From Tubulanus polymorphus (taxonomy: Eukaryota; Animalia; Nemertea): a stretch of 64,000 nt of DNA. The stretch lies in assembly GCF_964204645.1 (NCBI RefSeq), contig NC_134032.1, forward strand, positions 14,992,275-15,056,274. Reading direction: 5' to 3'. Shown here piece after piece: positions 1 through 11,699 of this stretch. The notes beneath the pieces are model-generated. The model did no database searches. It was not told the DNA's origin and saw only the letters and a program-made list of their open reading frames with translations. The position numbers were made by a program, and so were the translations under genes. The stretch's first letter is position 1, and every line of letters begins with the position of its first letter.

Positions 1-83
1 TAAGCTACCAGGTAGTTTTTCTTTTTATTGTGGGTTTTTGTCTACTAATGATGATTTGCGAATGATTGTGATGATTGTTTCAG

Positions 84-3000
84 ATGATGGCGGTAGCGAA
101 GTCATGACGATCGACGACGACGGAGCTCAAAAATCTCGTTCGTTAGAAGCTTTATTCCGGGTAACCGACTCCGAATTACAGAACTTTACGATCACCGAAA
201 TCGAACAACAACCGAACTCCTCGGTTCGTACGATCTCGATCGTTAACGCCGGCGGTGATAAAATACAGCTGATCAGCAGCGGCGCCGACGACGACAATCA
301 GTTACAATCGTCGTCAGGGATACGAGTAATTTACGCGGATTGCGACGATCCGAATAAAGATGGCGCCATCGACGAATCGGCGACGGATGATAAGAAGAAA
401 GCGTTGAAAATCGAAACGGCGTTGTCGCCGACGACGACGAATTTAGAATCGAAACCCGGGCGACATATCTGCCCGTATTGTAGCCGGGCGTGCGCGAAAC
501 CGAGCGTGCTCCAAAAACATATCCGGGCGCACACGGGTGAGCGCCCGTATCCGTGTATCCCGTGCGGGTTCTCGTTTAAAACGAAGAGCAATCTTTACAA
601 ACACTGTAAATCTCGTACGCATACGATTAAAGTCAGTCGTCATAGTAACCGCGCGATGTCCGGCTGTACGATGTCGGAGTTGCGTTACATGCGGAGTATC
701 GCGTCGGCGTCCGGAGAGGAGTACAATCCGGAGAAACATGATCACGCGGTCGATATCGACGAAATACCGCTACAATCGACGAACAATCAGCCGGTTACCG
801 CGTCGTCGCCGTCGGAAACGAACGATAATCAACAACAATACGTGTCGTTGGCCGGTAACGAGGTCGTGCAGGTCGTCGAGGTCGGAGAAAGCGGAGACGA
901 GCAGACGGTGCTTTATAATTTACACGTACCGAACGACGGTAGCGGTCCGTATCTCGTACGGATGAATCCCGAGGAGCAGACGCACGACGACGACGACGAG
1001 CAGACGGATACCGCCGGAAACCGTCTGCTCGTCGTCGACGGCGATGAAGGAAAGACGAAAAGCGACGAACAGCAGACGACGAGCGTTTTTCTCGAAGGCG
1101 AAGACGCGGCTCGAGTTCTCATGACGCAAATTCATCCGTCAACGTCTTCGAAATCGATGGAAACCACGGCGACGACGACAACAATGATCACCCCGTCGGA
1201 ATTGTTGAGTAAACGCATCAATTATTTGATCGATAAGAATTCGGCCATTTTGGATACGCCGATGGCCGACCGGCCACGACCGAAGCGGCTTTCGCGACAG
1301 AACAGCGAAGTAAAACTGGTCGAGACTCCGGTCATCGTCCGGGGCAACGTGGAGTCCCCGGTCATTGTCAGGGGCAACCCCGGGACGCGAGACGCGTTAT
1401 CGAAAAAATATATCGCGTTGACCGAGCAATTGAATTCGGCTCCGATTGCTAACGTGCTGCCACCTGGTGGCGACGACGAAGATATGATAGTTGTCGGCGG
1501 CGATACGTCATCGGCGGAATCTCTACTGCTAGAGGGCGCCGCTGTACCGGACGACGGCGCAGGATCGAATTCATCCGAGATTAAAATACGATTTAAAATT
1601 CCGACGAAACCGACGGAATTAACGAGTGAATCAAAACAATTTCATTCAACGCTCCTGACGACAAGAAGCCCCGCCCTGATGACTAGAAGCCCCGCCCTGA
1701 CGACGAAAAGCCCTGCCCTGACAATAAGAAGCCCCGCCCTCTCATCGTCATCCAAACCGAAATTAATCCATCCGAAAATTATCAAAGTAAAAACTTCGCC
1801 GACTTCGAGTAAAACGTCGATCGACGAACTACCGGCGCCATCTGGTAGCGACGTAGTTACAACAATGACTGCGTCGCCGGCGACGACGACGGCTAATTCC
1901 CCGCCCGAGTGGAAGATGATCCTAAAAGGGAAACTGCTGATGAAACGCTCGATGAGTGCGGAGAAGATGATATCGTCAACGGCGACGGAACAATGTCAGA
2001 AAACGCTGCTACAACGAGCCGTTTCCGTTCCGATATTACCGCAACAATTAACGCCTTGCAACGAGAAGCAAGTGTCGCCTAGCGACGCGATAATCGAAGA
2101 ATTTGTCGTCGCCGATGGCGACGCGAAACATAAAGAGACGAAGGTTTTTTCGACACCGACGAAATCGTATTTGAGTTTGATTCCTCCGCAGTTACTGACG
2201 CCGAATACCGATCAAATATCCGACAACAATGAGTGGTTGCCATCACGATACATCGATCAGTGCGTCTACACGTCCAATAGCGCTATCGTATCGCCCGTGT
2301 TGCTCGGCAACCAGCAGTTATTGCGTTTGCCGAATCTCGGGCGTGATCTACCGCCGTTGAACCTCGGCGCCGACACGCTGGCGAGATTCCAAAAAACCGA
2401 CAACGACGACGAAATCATTGCCATGGAAACGGACGATTCGACGGCGATGTCTCAAAAAATGGAGAACGTTTCTCGGTCGTCGTCGGGCGGCGACGGTAAA
2501 ATGGAATCGTCGACGAATCCTACGTATTGTACGATTCAAGGTACGCAACCGATGTACGTTCTGCAGAGCACCGGTAAAAAACTGTCGATGTATTCGAATT
2601 GGCGAATTGCCAGCCACAATCCGAATCCGATGGGTTTATCGTCGAGGTCGATGCTCGCGTTGTACGAGACAAACAAACGATTAGATACGTTAAACTACGT
2701 GAATTCATCGCCGGAGAAAGACGGATTATTGACTCATTCGAGTAACTGGAGCGCCGCCGTTCCTCAGCAACAGCAGCAGACGGATGAAACCGTTACCGTC
2801 GACGACGAGATCGTCGACAATATGGCCGATATCGCCGTCGTCGAGAGCGAGGTCGTCGTGACGACCGAGCGACGTTCGATCGTTAAACCGGCCGTACGCG
2901 ATTTAGAGTTGGAGATAATCACCGCGGCGACGCGCGATGAGCAGACGGCGGACGACGGCGTCGTCGCGGCGACGGCGTCGGACGCGGATTTAAAAACGAA

Positions 3001-3471
3001 ACGCGCGCGATTAATCTCGATCGGAGGATTCAAATCGGAAGAGGAATACGTGTATATACGAGGTCGAGGTCGCGGGAAATACGTCTGCCAACAATGCGGC
3101 ATACGCTGTCGCAAACCGAGTATGTTGAAAAAACACGTACGCACGCACACGGACTTTCGGCCGTACCGATGTAAACAATGCCATTTCTCGTTCAAAACTA
3201 AAGGAAATCTGACGAAGCACATGAAATCTAAAACGCACTATAAACGCTGTATGGAGATCGGGGTTTTCCCCGTTCCGACGGCAGTGGACGATACGCAGAT
3301 CGACTCGGACGTTCTCGAGCAACAGATCTGGTGGTCGAGACTAGGATCGATCGTATCCCAAGACGGTTCCCACGACGACGACGACGATGATGACGATGAT
3401 GAAGACGATGATGATTCAGATGATGCTGCTGCTGCTGCTGATGATGATGCCAAAGATGCGTCTTTTTCCGG
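84..3471 (+). CDS. shn: Schnurri/HIVEP zinc-finger transcription factor, first visible (internal) exon with ZAS-N pair, ZAS-C pair and acidic tract
   Basis: Acceptor tttcag at 78-83 and donor gtaggt at 3472. CPYC..HTGERPYPCIPCGFSFKTKSNLYKHCKSRTH and YVYIRGRGRGKYVCQQCGIRCRKPSMLKKHVRTHTDFRPY..FKTKGNLTKHMKSKTH are diagnostic HIVEP/Shn finger pairs, followed by a poly-Asp tract. Confidence 0.95.
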
Positions 3472-4205
3472 GTAGGTGCTGCTACAATCTAGGGGTCCCT
3501 ATTATACCTTGATTCTTAAAAAGAAAAAATCATACTACTGAATGCTTTTAAAGTTGCTTGAAGCTCCTTTGATTTTGGCAAAATGCCCGAAATTCCTTCA
3601 ATTTTGAGAAAAAGGCGATTAGAAATTTGGGACCTTGATTTCTGTTTCCATCCAATTAGACGGTCACCAAATAAGAAACTGAGTTTAATAGCGTTTAACA
3701 AAATTCACAAACAAAACCACTTTTGAGAAAATGCCCAAAACTCCTTAAATTTCGAGAACTATTTAAGTTGTAGAATTTGTGAACAAAACCACTGAATTAC
3801 CGGTTTACCGAGATAAACAGTGCTGATATTTTAGGAGAAGTCTACTGTAATTGAGATATGAAAGTGATGCAGAAGTTTCTTCGAAATTTCGAGATTTTCT
3901 CCTTTCAAACTCCTTCAAAACTCATTACATATGAACAAAAGCCGTACAGTAAAACTACGCCTAAATCGAGTGGTGAATTTGAAATTTTACTCCTTGAAAA
4001 ATACTTGATAACTTATATCCAGTAGGGCACCGTTATGACCAATAGTGGTCCTAAATCTTAAGACTGATCTTAAGTTGTTAGATTGGCTAAAGAACTAATT
4101 TTTCGATATATCTCTAAATTCGAGTTTCAATTTTTCTCGCTCATTGTTTGATATTTCAATTATCGCATTCATTATTAGAGATTGATGTCGTTTAATTTCG
4201 CGCAG

Positions 4206-4412
4206 ATCGACCGCACCGATACCGAGGCTCGTTCAAACATCGTCGTTCGCCGCTCAACAGGAGTCAACTGCGGTCGCCGCGGTAACCGAAGAATCGACCG
4301 ATCGACCGGTTTACGTAGCGATACAAAACGAGTCGACGACTGTTGCCGCCGCCACGCGACCGCAATACGCTAAAATCGCTACCATCGACAATAATCCTAA
4401 ACAACAGCAACG
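4206..4412 (+). CDS. shn: Schnurri exon (phase 2-2), STAPIPRLVQTSS...NPKQQQR
   Basis: cgcag| acceptor and |gtacgg donor; open in the frame carried from the previous exon. Confidence 0.8.
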
Positions 4413-4519
4413 GTACGGAGATTTAAAAGTACCTCTTAGAGGGACAAGGTGGCGCCACTGACCTGAAATACCTGGAAAACTCTGGGAATCAGATAAATCT
4501 GATATAAATCAGGGAAAAC

Positions 4520-5190
4520 TTAGGATCCGGTTCCACAGTCATGAGTTAGAGTTAACACTGAGTTAAAATTAGTTCATTTGACCTGAAATACCTCGATTTC
4601 TGAAAAACTCAGGGAATTGGACAAATTTTACTATAAACCTGGACCCAGTTCCACAGTCATGAGTTAGAGTTAACTCTGAGTTAAAATTAGTTCATTTTCA
4701 ATGTTTTAACCAAGAGTCAAATCTTAACTCAGAAATGTGGAACTGGACCAAGGATAGCATTATATATATATATGTTAGTTCATCAGGACCCAGTTCCACA
4801 GTTGTGAGTTAGAGTTAACTCTGAGTTAAAGTTAGTTCATTTTCAATGTTTTAACCCAGGGTCAAATCTTAACTCAGAATTGTGGAACTGGACCCTGGGG
4901 TCGGTTGCTCAAAAGTTGGTTAGAGTTAACCAGTGGTTAGTTGATATGGTGACAATTGAAATTTAATTGTTACTATGGTATTTAATGGCCGGTTATGTTT
5001 AACCAACTTTTCAGCAACCGGCCCCCGGAAAACTCAAGAATATAAATCCCACAATCACAAAGTAGAAAAACATAAAATGTCGAGAATTTTCGGTTTTAAA
5101 TTATTAGAATTAACTGAGTTAAAATAAGTTCATTTTCGATGAGTTAACTCAGTCAAATCTTAACTCACAACTGTGGAACCGGCTCCAGGG
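4520..5190. mobile_element. Cluster of short MITEs (ends GG(A)CCCAGTTCCACA..TGTGGAACTGGACC and GGGTCGGTTGCT..AGCAACCGGCCC); related copy at 50095-50181
   Basis: Short non-coding elements with terminal inverted repeats, at about 4641-4748, 4787-4895 and 4898-5024. Confidence 0.7.
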
Positions 5191-5289
5191 AATTTGACAA
5201 ATTTTACCAAAAACCCGGAATAACTCAAGAATATAAATCTTATTAAATATCGAGAATTTTCGGTTTTAAATTATTAGAATTATTTTCAG

Positions 5290-5567
5290 ATTCAGTACAA
5301 TTTACGGCTACACAACGAAAACTGGATCGGAGTTGAAAAATAGAAATCAAACTGGACACACAGGAGGAGGAGGAGAAGAAGGAGGAATAGAAGCAGAAGG
5401 AGTAGAGGAGTTGAGTACCGATCGTGAGATAGCTCGCAGTCTGTTAGATCTAGCGAAACGAGGAGACTCCGTTAAAAAATCATCATCGATTCCTTCTGCT
5501 GCAGTCGCCGTGGCGATACAACAACAGAACGTCGTCATCGACGACAATGAAACCGACGAACAAAAAG
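5290..5567 (+). CDS. shn: Schnurri exon, FSTIYGYTTK...EIARSLLDLAKR...DEQK
   Basis: ttttcag| acceptor and |gtggcg donor; frame matches ORF 5333. Confidence 0.8.
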
Positions 5568-5646
5568 GTGGCGCTTCGAGGAATTTTATTCGAAAAAAAA
5601 AAACGATTTAAATTTCGATCAAAAATTTTCCGCGTCTTTGTTTCAG

Positions 5647-5840
5647 GAAATCGGCTGGATACTCTGATCGGGGCGCTGATGTCCCGAACTCATCCTCCCG
5701 ACGCCGCGGCAACGACAACAATGAGCCTACCGACCAGCAGTTACCAAGACAACGATGGACCGAAAAAAGTATCGAAAAGGCCGCAGCAGGAAAATGTCTC
5801 TGCGACGACTGGGACGGAATATCTCGAGAAGTCATCTCCA
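5647..5840 (+). CDS. shn: Schnurri exon, NRLDTLIGALMSR...EKSSP
   Basis: tttcag| acceptor and |gtaaga donor; phase 1 in, phase 0 out, consistent with its neighbours. Confidence 0.8.
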
Positions 5841-5889
5841 GTAAGAGATTGCTGCTGACATCTAGTGGGGTAGCTCGTGGGCGCCATCT

Positions 5890-6215
5890 AGTGGGCCCCT
5901 GGTGGTCCTCACTTGCCACAAGTAGAATCTTGTATTGCCGCAGTAGTTGGTGTCCCACTAACACTAGCGACACCTGGTGGATCCTCACTTGCCACAAGTG
6001 GAATCCTCTCTTGCGGCAGTTGTTGATATCCCAATACGCACTAGCGACACCTGGTGGATCCTCACTTGCCACAAGTAGAATCCTCTATTGCCGCAGTTGT
6101 TGATATCCCAATACCCACTAGCGACACCTGGTGGATCCTCACTTGCCACAAGTAGAATCCTCTATTGCCGCAGTAATTGTTGTCCCACTCTAACTAGCGA
6201 CACCTGGTGGATGTT
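5890..6215. repeat. Intronic 77-bp tandem repeat carrying a CTCF-like motif; dispersed copy at 20790-20850
   Basis: ctagcgacacctggtgga at 5964, 6041, 6118, 6195 and 20791. Confidence 0.85.
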
Positions 6216-6260
6216 AGAATCCTCATTATTTTTGAATGAAAGTCGAATGTTTAATTTCAG

Positions 6261-9200
6261 ATTTCGTCTGTAACCACGGAAACGGAACCAGCTCTATCGA
6301 TATTTGGCAGACGAACGTACGCTCAGAAAATCGCCGCACTTCAAAACGCCTACGAAAAAGATCTGAAATCGTATCTATCGAGTCGCCATAGCAACAGCAC
6401 GACTAGTTCCGGGTTCGTACCGCCCGTATTGTCGAGCAACAATACCGGTGAGCCCTCGTCGTTACCGGTGGCAACCAGTTCAGTATCGGTGGACTCAATG
6501 GAAGTATCAACGTTTACGGAGTCGGTTGAATCAACGTCGAGTTGCTCGGCAACAATGACTGCATTGTTACCGGTCGTCAAGCAGGCTCAGTCGGTGCCGA
6601 CACAGATTAGATATATGTCGTCTGCGAACGTGAAACACGGTCAAAAACGGAAACTGAGTTCGGAACTTAACGAAATGGGTGGCTCCAAACTACAGCGGGT
6701 TGACTCCAAACTACAGAGGAATGACTCCGAGAAGATTCACTCGGATAGAATTGACTCCAAATCGATAGGGACTGACTCCAACTCAAAGGGAAATGACTCC
6801 TCTATTGAAATGACTATTGACTCCTCGTCTGAGACTCCTCAGTCTCAGACTTTAATGCTCGCTATGGTTAAAGGTCAACCGGTGCTGATGTTAGCTCCGG
6901 CGGCGTCCAGCATGAACGCCTCTGCCGGAGTCACCCAATCCCGGCCGCTTGTCACTCCAACGGAGTCATCCATAAAACTAAACGTTGTCATGCCGAAAAC
7001 AACACCGGCGCCATCTACGAGCAATCGCAAACGACAGAAACCGCAGTCGCTCGGACGCAGCGTTTCTTCATCCGGTGTCGGAGTGCAGAATCCGTCTGCT
7101 GCTCTGAGCGTCGGAGGTCGGACTCCGTCTGCCGCTCCAACCGTCGGAGCTCGGACTCCATCTGCCGCTCCAACTGTCGGAGCTCGGACTCCGTCTGCTG
7201 CTCCGACTGTTCTACTCGCGGCTGCATCCGCTCCAGTTGTACGACCTATAGCGCCACATAGCGGCGAGATTAAGCGTAGTATAAGCGTACCGACGATGAT
7301 GAGATTATCGTCGTCGCCAGGTGGCAGCACGTGTTCACCGAGCGGTACGAGTATAATCCACGCTACGAGTCAGAAACTAGCGTGTGGTTCAAACGTGATA
7401 ACGATTCCTTTATCAACGAACGTTGCTGCTGGAGGAGCTGCTGGAGTTACTCCGATTTCACTGAATTTAACTCCAACTCGTGCGAATTCTGTACCGAACT
7501 CAAAGAGTTCTCAAGCCGTATCGAGTCTTGGTGTTCTAAACTCAAAGAGTTCTCAAGTTGTATTGAGTCCCGGCGTTCTGAACGCAAAGAGTTCTCAAGC
7601 CGTATTGAGTCCTTGTGTTCTGAACTCAAAGAGTTCTCAAGTTGTATCGAGTCCCGGTGTTCTAAACTCAAAGAGTTCTCAAGCCGTATTGAGTCCCGGT
7701 GTTCTAAACTCAAAGAGTTCTCAAGCCGTATTGAGTCCTGGTGTTCTAAACTCAAAGAATTCTCAAGCCGTATTGAGTCCTGGCGTTCTAAACTCAAAGA
7801 GTTCTCAAGTTGTATTGAGTCCCGGTGTTCTGAACGCAAAGAGTTCTCAAGCCGTATTGAGTCCTGGTGTTCTGAACTCTAAGAGTTCTCAAGCCATATT
7901 GAATCCTGGTGTTCTGAACTCGAAGAGTTCTCAAGCCGTATTGAGTCCTGGTGTTCTAAACTCAAAGATTTCTCAAGCCGTATTGAATTCAGGCTCGGTA
8001 TCAAACTCAAAGAGTTCCAACGCGAAAGCGCCGATAGTTCCGCAAGTTGGAATCGCCTTCCTATCGAGCGGTGTCCCTGTTTTACTGCAAACCGGTTCCT
8101 ACGTGTCGTCGGCGCCGATTAGTGACACGGTGGCGCCCTCTCGTGGTGGAAGTGAAACTACCGTACCATCCGTTCAGTGGTTACCGAAAACCAGGGACCT
8201 TAAACAACCTCTTCCGGCTCAAGGTTACGTGGAGGACCTGTCTCCGACGAGTAAGTCGTTCGTCGTTAATCAGTTGTCTAAGCAACAGCAGCAACAATTG
8301 CAGAAATCTATTTCGACCGCTGCAGAGGAGAGCGATACGGAACAGGTGTCGCCGGGAGACGATAAACAATCAACGACGAAGAAACCCGTCGCCCAACAAC
8401 CGTTGTCAACGGCGACGATAACAAAACCCGTTACCCAGCAACCGTCGTCGACGGCGACATCGTCTAACAATATAAAATACGTGGAGGGTGAAAACAGCGC
8501 TCCGTTCGAGATCGTACCGATTCCCGGGAAGGTCGAGGATAATTCGAAGTCGCTAAAAGACGGTAAATACGTGTGTCACATCTGCGACAAATCGTTTAAC
8601 CAGGAACACCAACTGTCGCTTCATAAAAACATTCATTTCTTCGAGCGTCCGTATCGATGTGTCGAGTGCTCCATCTCGTTCCGCACGTACGGATTGTTAC
8701 AACGTCACCGTCGCTCGGAGATACACGCTACCAAGGCGACGGTGAACATGCAATACGGCGTACCGACGACCGATAACCCGCGTCCGTATCGGTGCGATAC
8801 GTGCGATATGGGCTTCCGTATTTACGGGCATCTCGCTAAACATCTACGCTCGAAATTACACGTGACGAAAGAATCGAATCCGGACGACGTCGATCGGCAG
8901 ACAGATATCTCGATCCCGCCGGATGATAATACTATATTCCGGTGCGCGGACTGTAAAGTGGATTTTACAGTTTTCACGTCGTACACGCGGCATTTACAAT
9001 CGAAACAACACGCTTCGAACGCGACGTCGCCCGCGACGAAGGAGACCGTTATAGGTGGCGCTGATAGCAGCGAGGACGGCGGCGAATCGGACAGTTCGTT
9101 AGACGGAGCGATCGCCATGTCGCCGGAGGAAGCTGCTCGATTGTATAAATGCGATTGTTGTAATACCGCGTACAGAGAACGAGAACAACTCGATAAACAT

Positions 9201-9476
9201 TTACGTTCAAGATTACATTCGGAAACTATCGAGAAATTGGGTCAAATCGAAGAAGGTGAAGGTCAAATCGAAGCAGACGAAGGTCGTATCGAAGCAGACG
9301 AAGGTCGTATCGAAGCAGATGAAGGTCAAAGCGAAGCAGACGATGGCGAGAATCTCGAGATTAACAACGACGTATCGACTGAGATTCAATCCGAGTTGGT
9401 AGAGGGCGCCGGTGAGTCGTCGAGACAGAAATGCGGATTATGCGGAGTCTCGTTCTCGTCTATAGATCAATTAAAG
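6261..9476 (+). CDS. shn: Schnurri large exon: Ser/Pro-rich region, C-terminal finger triplet and extra fingers
   Basis: tttcag| acceptor in frame with ORF 6429 and |gtaaaa donor. LHKNIHFFERPYRC..SISFRT..RSEIH..GVPTTDNPRPYRC..FRIYGHLAKHLRSKLH matches the Drosophila Shn zf6-8 triplet. Confidence 0.92.
7497..8020 (+). repeat. Coding 42-bp minisatellite, (NSKSSQAVLSPGVL) x~12
   Basis: Tandem aactcaaagagttctcaagccgtattgagtcc.. units in frame within shn. Confidence 0.95.
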
Positions 9477-9564
9477 GTAAAACACGGACGAAAAAGACGG
9501 TCTTGACAACCGGAGAAATTTGAAACCGATAATCAATTGTTGTTTTCCTGTTTTCTATTTGTAG

Positions 9565-9672
9565 CAACATTTAGCGAGTCACGCCGAACTGCGACCGTAC
9601 GTTTGTAAATTCTGCGATGCTGGTTTTACCAACGCCCCATCGTTGCGTAGTCATCTACGCATTCACGAACAG
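9565..9672 (+). CDS. shn: Schnurri exon, QHLASHAELRPYVCKFCDAGFTNAPSLRSHLRIHEQ
   Basis: ttgtag| and |gtaacc; completes the CGLC finger from the prior exon and adds one more C2H2 finger. Confidence 0.9.
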
Positions 9673-10061
9673 GTAACCACCAGATATACAAGGTCAAGGT
9701 TCTTCCGCGTCAGCCATTGCCATTTTGTTAGTTGGACAATCAGGCAGAAAGTCCTAGCCTAAAATCCAAAATAGATTGAAGGACAATTTGGGGTTTCGAG
9801 AACTCATTTTGATTTTCCGATACTTTTCTATAGTTATTGAGAAAAAACTGGAAATTTCCATAGCTTTTCGCGGGCCTAGAAATAATTCCATAACTTTCCA
9901 AAACCTGTTAGAACCCTACACAATCACCTGGACCCAGGTTCACCGTTCAGATTCCACTCATATTTAACTCATTGAAAATTAACTTTCTCAAGTTGTGAAT
10001 TGTAAGTTGTAAATTGTAAGTTGTATGTTGTAAGGTGTAAATTGTAAGTTGTATATTGTAG

Positions 10062-10154
10062 GAATTGAAGTTCACGTGCGGTCATTGCGGAGTTGCGTTT
10101 TTCTCCTCGGAATCGCTGAAAAATCATCTGCAACAACAACATCAACAGAGTTAA
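10062..10154 (+). CDS. shn: Schnurri last coding exon, ELKFTCGHCGVAFFSSESLKNHLQQQHQQS*
   Basis: ttgtag| acceptor, a C2H2 finger, TAA at 10152-10154. Confidence 0.88.
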   Translation, partial: ELKFTCGHCGVAFFSSESLKNHLQQQHQQS

Positions 10155-10458
10155 ACTACACCCTGGAGCCATCCCTTCAGCCTGGAGTCAGCCCTTCACC
10201 CTGGAGCACACCCTGGAGCCAGCCCTTCAGCGTGGAGCATACCCTGGAGCCAGCCCTTCAGCATGGAGCCATCCCTTCAGCCTGGAGCAATCCTTTTAGC
10301 CTGGAAGCTAATCCATTGCGATTTGCGAAGTGTGGACAATCACTGGGTATAAGTAAAATGTCTGATATCTGCTGTTTGTAGTTTGCAGAATATTCAATCC
10401 CTGGGAACTTGAGTTTCTCATTGTGACTTAGGGAGTTGTCTCCTGATGATTTAAAGTA

Positions 10459-10626
10459 CAGTGCAACCTTGTTACAGCGAACTTCAAGGGACCAGAAAAT
10501 CTGTTCGTTATAACTGATAGTTTGTTATATCCAGTATTAAATTATTTAGATTTTTAGTGGAAATTCTATATTTGTTAGAATCCAATGAATCGTTGTATCA
10601 GGGTTCGTTATCACGAGGTTCCACTG
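10459..10626. mobile_element. Tc1/mariner/pogo-type MITE in the shn 3' UTR
   Basis: ta|cagtgcaaccttgttacagcgaac ... gttcgttatcacgaggttccactg|ta: imperfect TIRs with TA flanks. Confidence 0.75.
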
Positions 10627-10664
10627 TATAAATCTTTGTTTTATACCCCAGTCTAACCGGGGCC

Positions 10665-11160
10665 TTGTTAAGGATTTACCCCTAGGGGTAACTTTAATAC
10701 CCAGTTTATGGGAATTTAACCCCTTAGACCTAGTCTATGAGATCGGGTTCAGGTCAAGGATTTAACCCTAGGGGTAACTTTGATACCCAGTCAATGAGAA
10801 TTTAACCCCTTAGACCTGGTCTATGAGATTGAGTCCAGGTCAAGCATTTAACCCTAGGGGTAACTTTGATACCCAGTCAATGAGAATTTAACCCCTTAGA
10901 CCTAGTCTATGAGATTGAGTCCAGGTCAAGGATTTAACCCTAGGGGTAACTTTGATACCCAGTCAATGAGAATTTAACCCCTTAGACCTAGTCTATGAGA
11001 TTGAGTCCAGGTCAAGGATTTATCCCTAGGGGTTACTTTGATACCCAGTCAATGAGAATTTAACCCCTTAGACCTAGTCTATGAGATCAAGTCCAGGTCA
11101 AGGATTTACCCCTAGGGGTAACTTTGATAACCGGCGGTCTATGGAACTGGGGTCAGGGTA
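10665..11160. repeat. 86-bp tandem repeat (5-6 copies) in the shn 3' UTR
   Basis: caaggatttaaccctaggggtaactttgatacccag recurs every 86 bp. Confidence 0.9.
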
Positions 11161-11471
11161 GTTCATTGAATTCAAGCTTTGTTCACTAAGTAATGATCAT
11201 TGTATTAGAATATCTATCGTTAAACAGTTAAAGATGTCTAAGTTTAATTGAAGTTCATATTGTGAATTACAGGGGGCAGTACTGTACGGTCTCCTTGCGG
11301 CATTTCTTAGAACTAATATAATATTCAAATTTGTGTTGTTAATTGTTACGCACAGGTGGCAGCACCCCTAGCGGCATTTATGCAAACTAATAATGTAGTA
11401 CTCGTCTATGACTGTAAATATATATACGAGTTGACCGTGGATCATGTTACAATAACGTGTACACGTATTAG

Positions 11472-11556
11472 AATAAATAATAGTTTACTTTGTTTTTATC
11501 GATTTATTCGTTATATTCAGAATAAAGAATACGAATTGATTAAATTACTTAATAAA
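11472..11556 (+). terminator. Probable polyadenylation signals of shn
   Basis: AATAAA at 11472, 11521 and 11551, followed by T/GT-rich sequence. Confidence 0.5.
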
Positions 11557-11699
11557 AAAACGTTGCTTCCACGAAGTAAAAAAAGGGCTTGGTTTTTCAC
11601 TTAGTTTTCTGAGAGTTTGTTGTCTACTCTCATTTTGCTGTTAGGAGGCTGCGGGATATTGGACAACTGGAATGTGAGGAGGCAAAGAAAGGAGGGGCC

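Noticed and set aside
38-83. ORF-track start of the 1145-aa protein at 38
   Set aside because: It is a TTG within intron-like sequence; a splice acceptor at 82-83 marks an internal exon.
6429-9506. A separate second zinc-finger gene
   Set aside because: It joins the upstream ORF through phase-compatible exons and carries the Shn C-terminal triplet.
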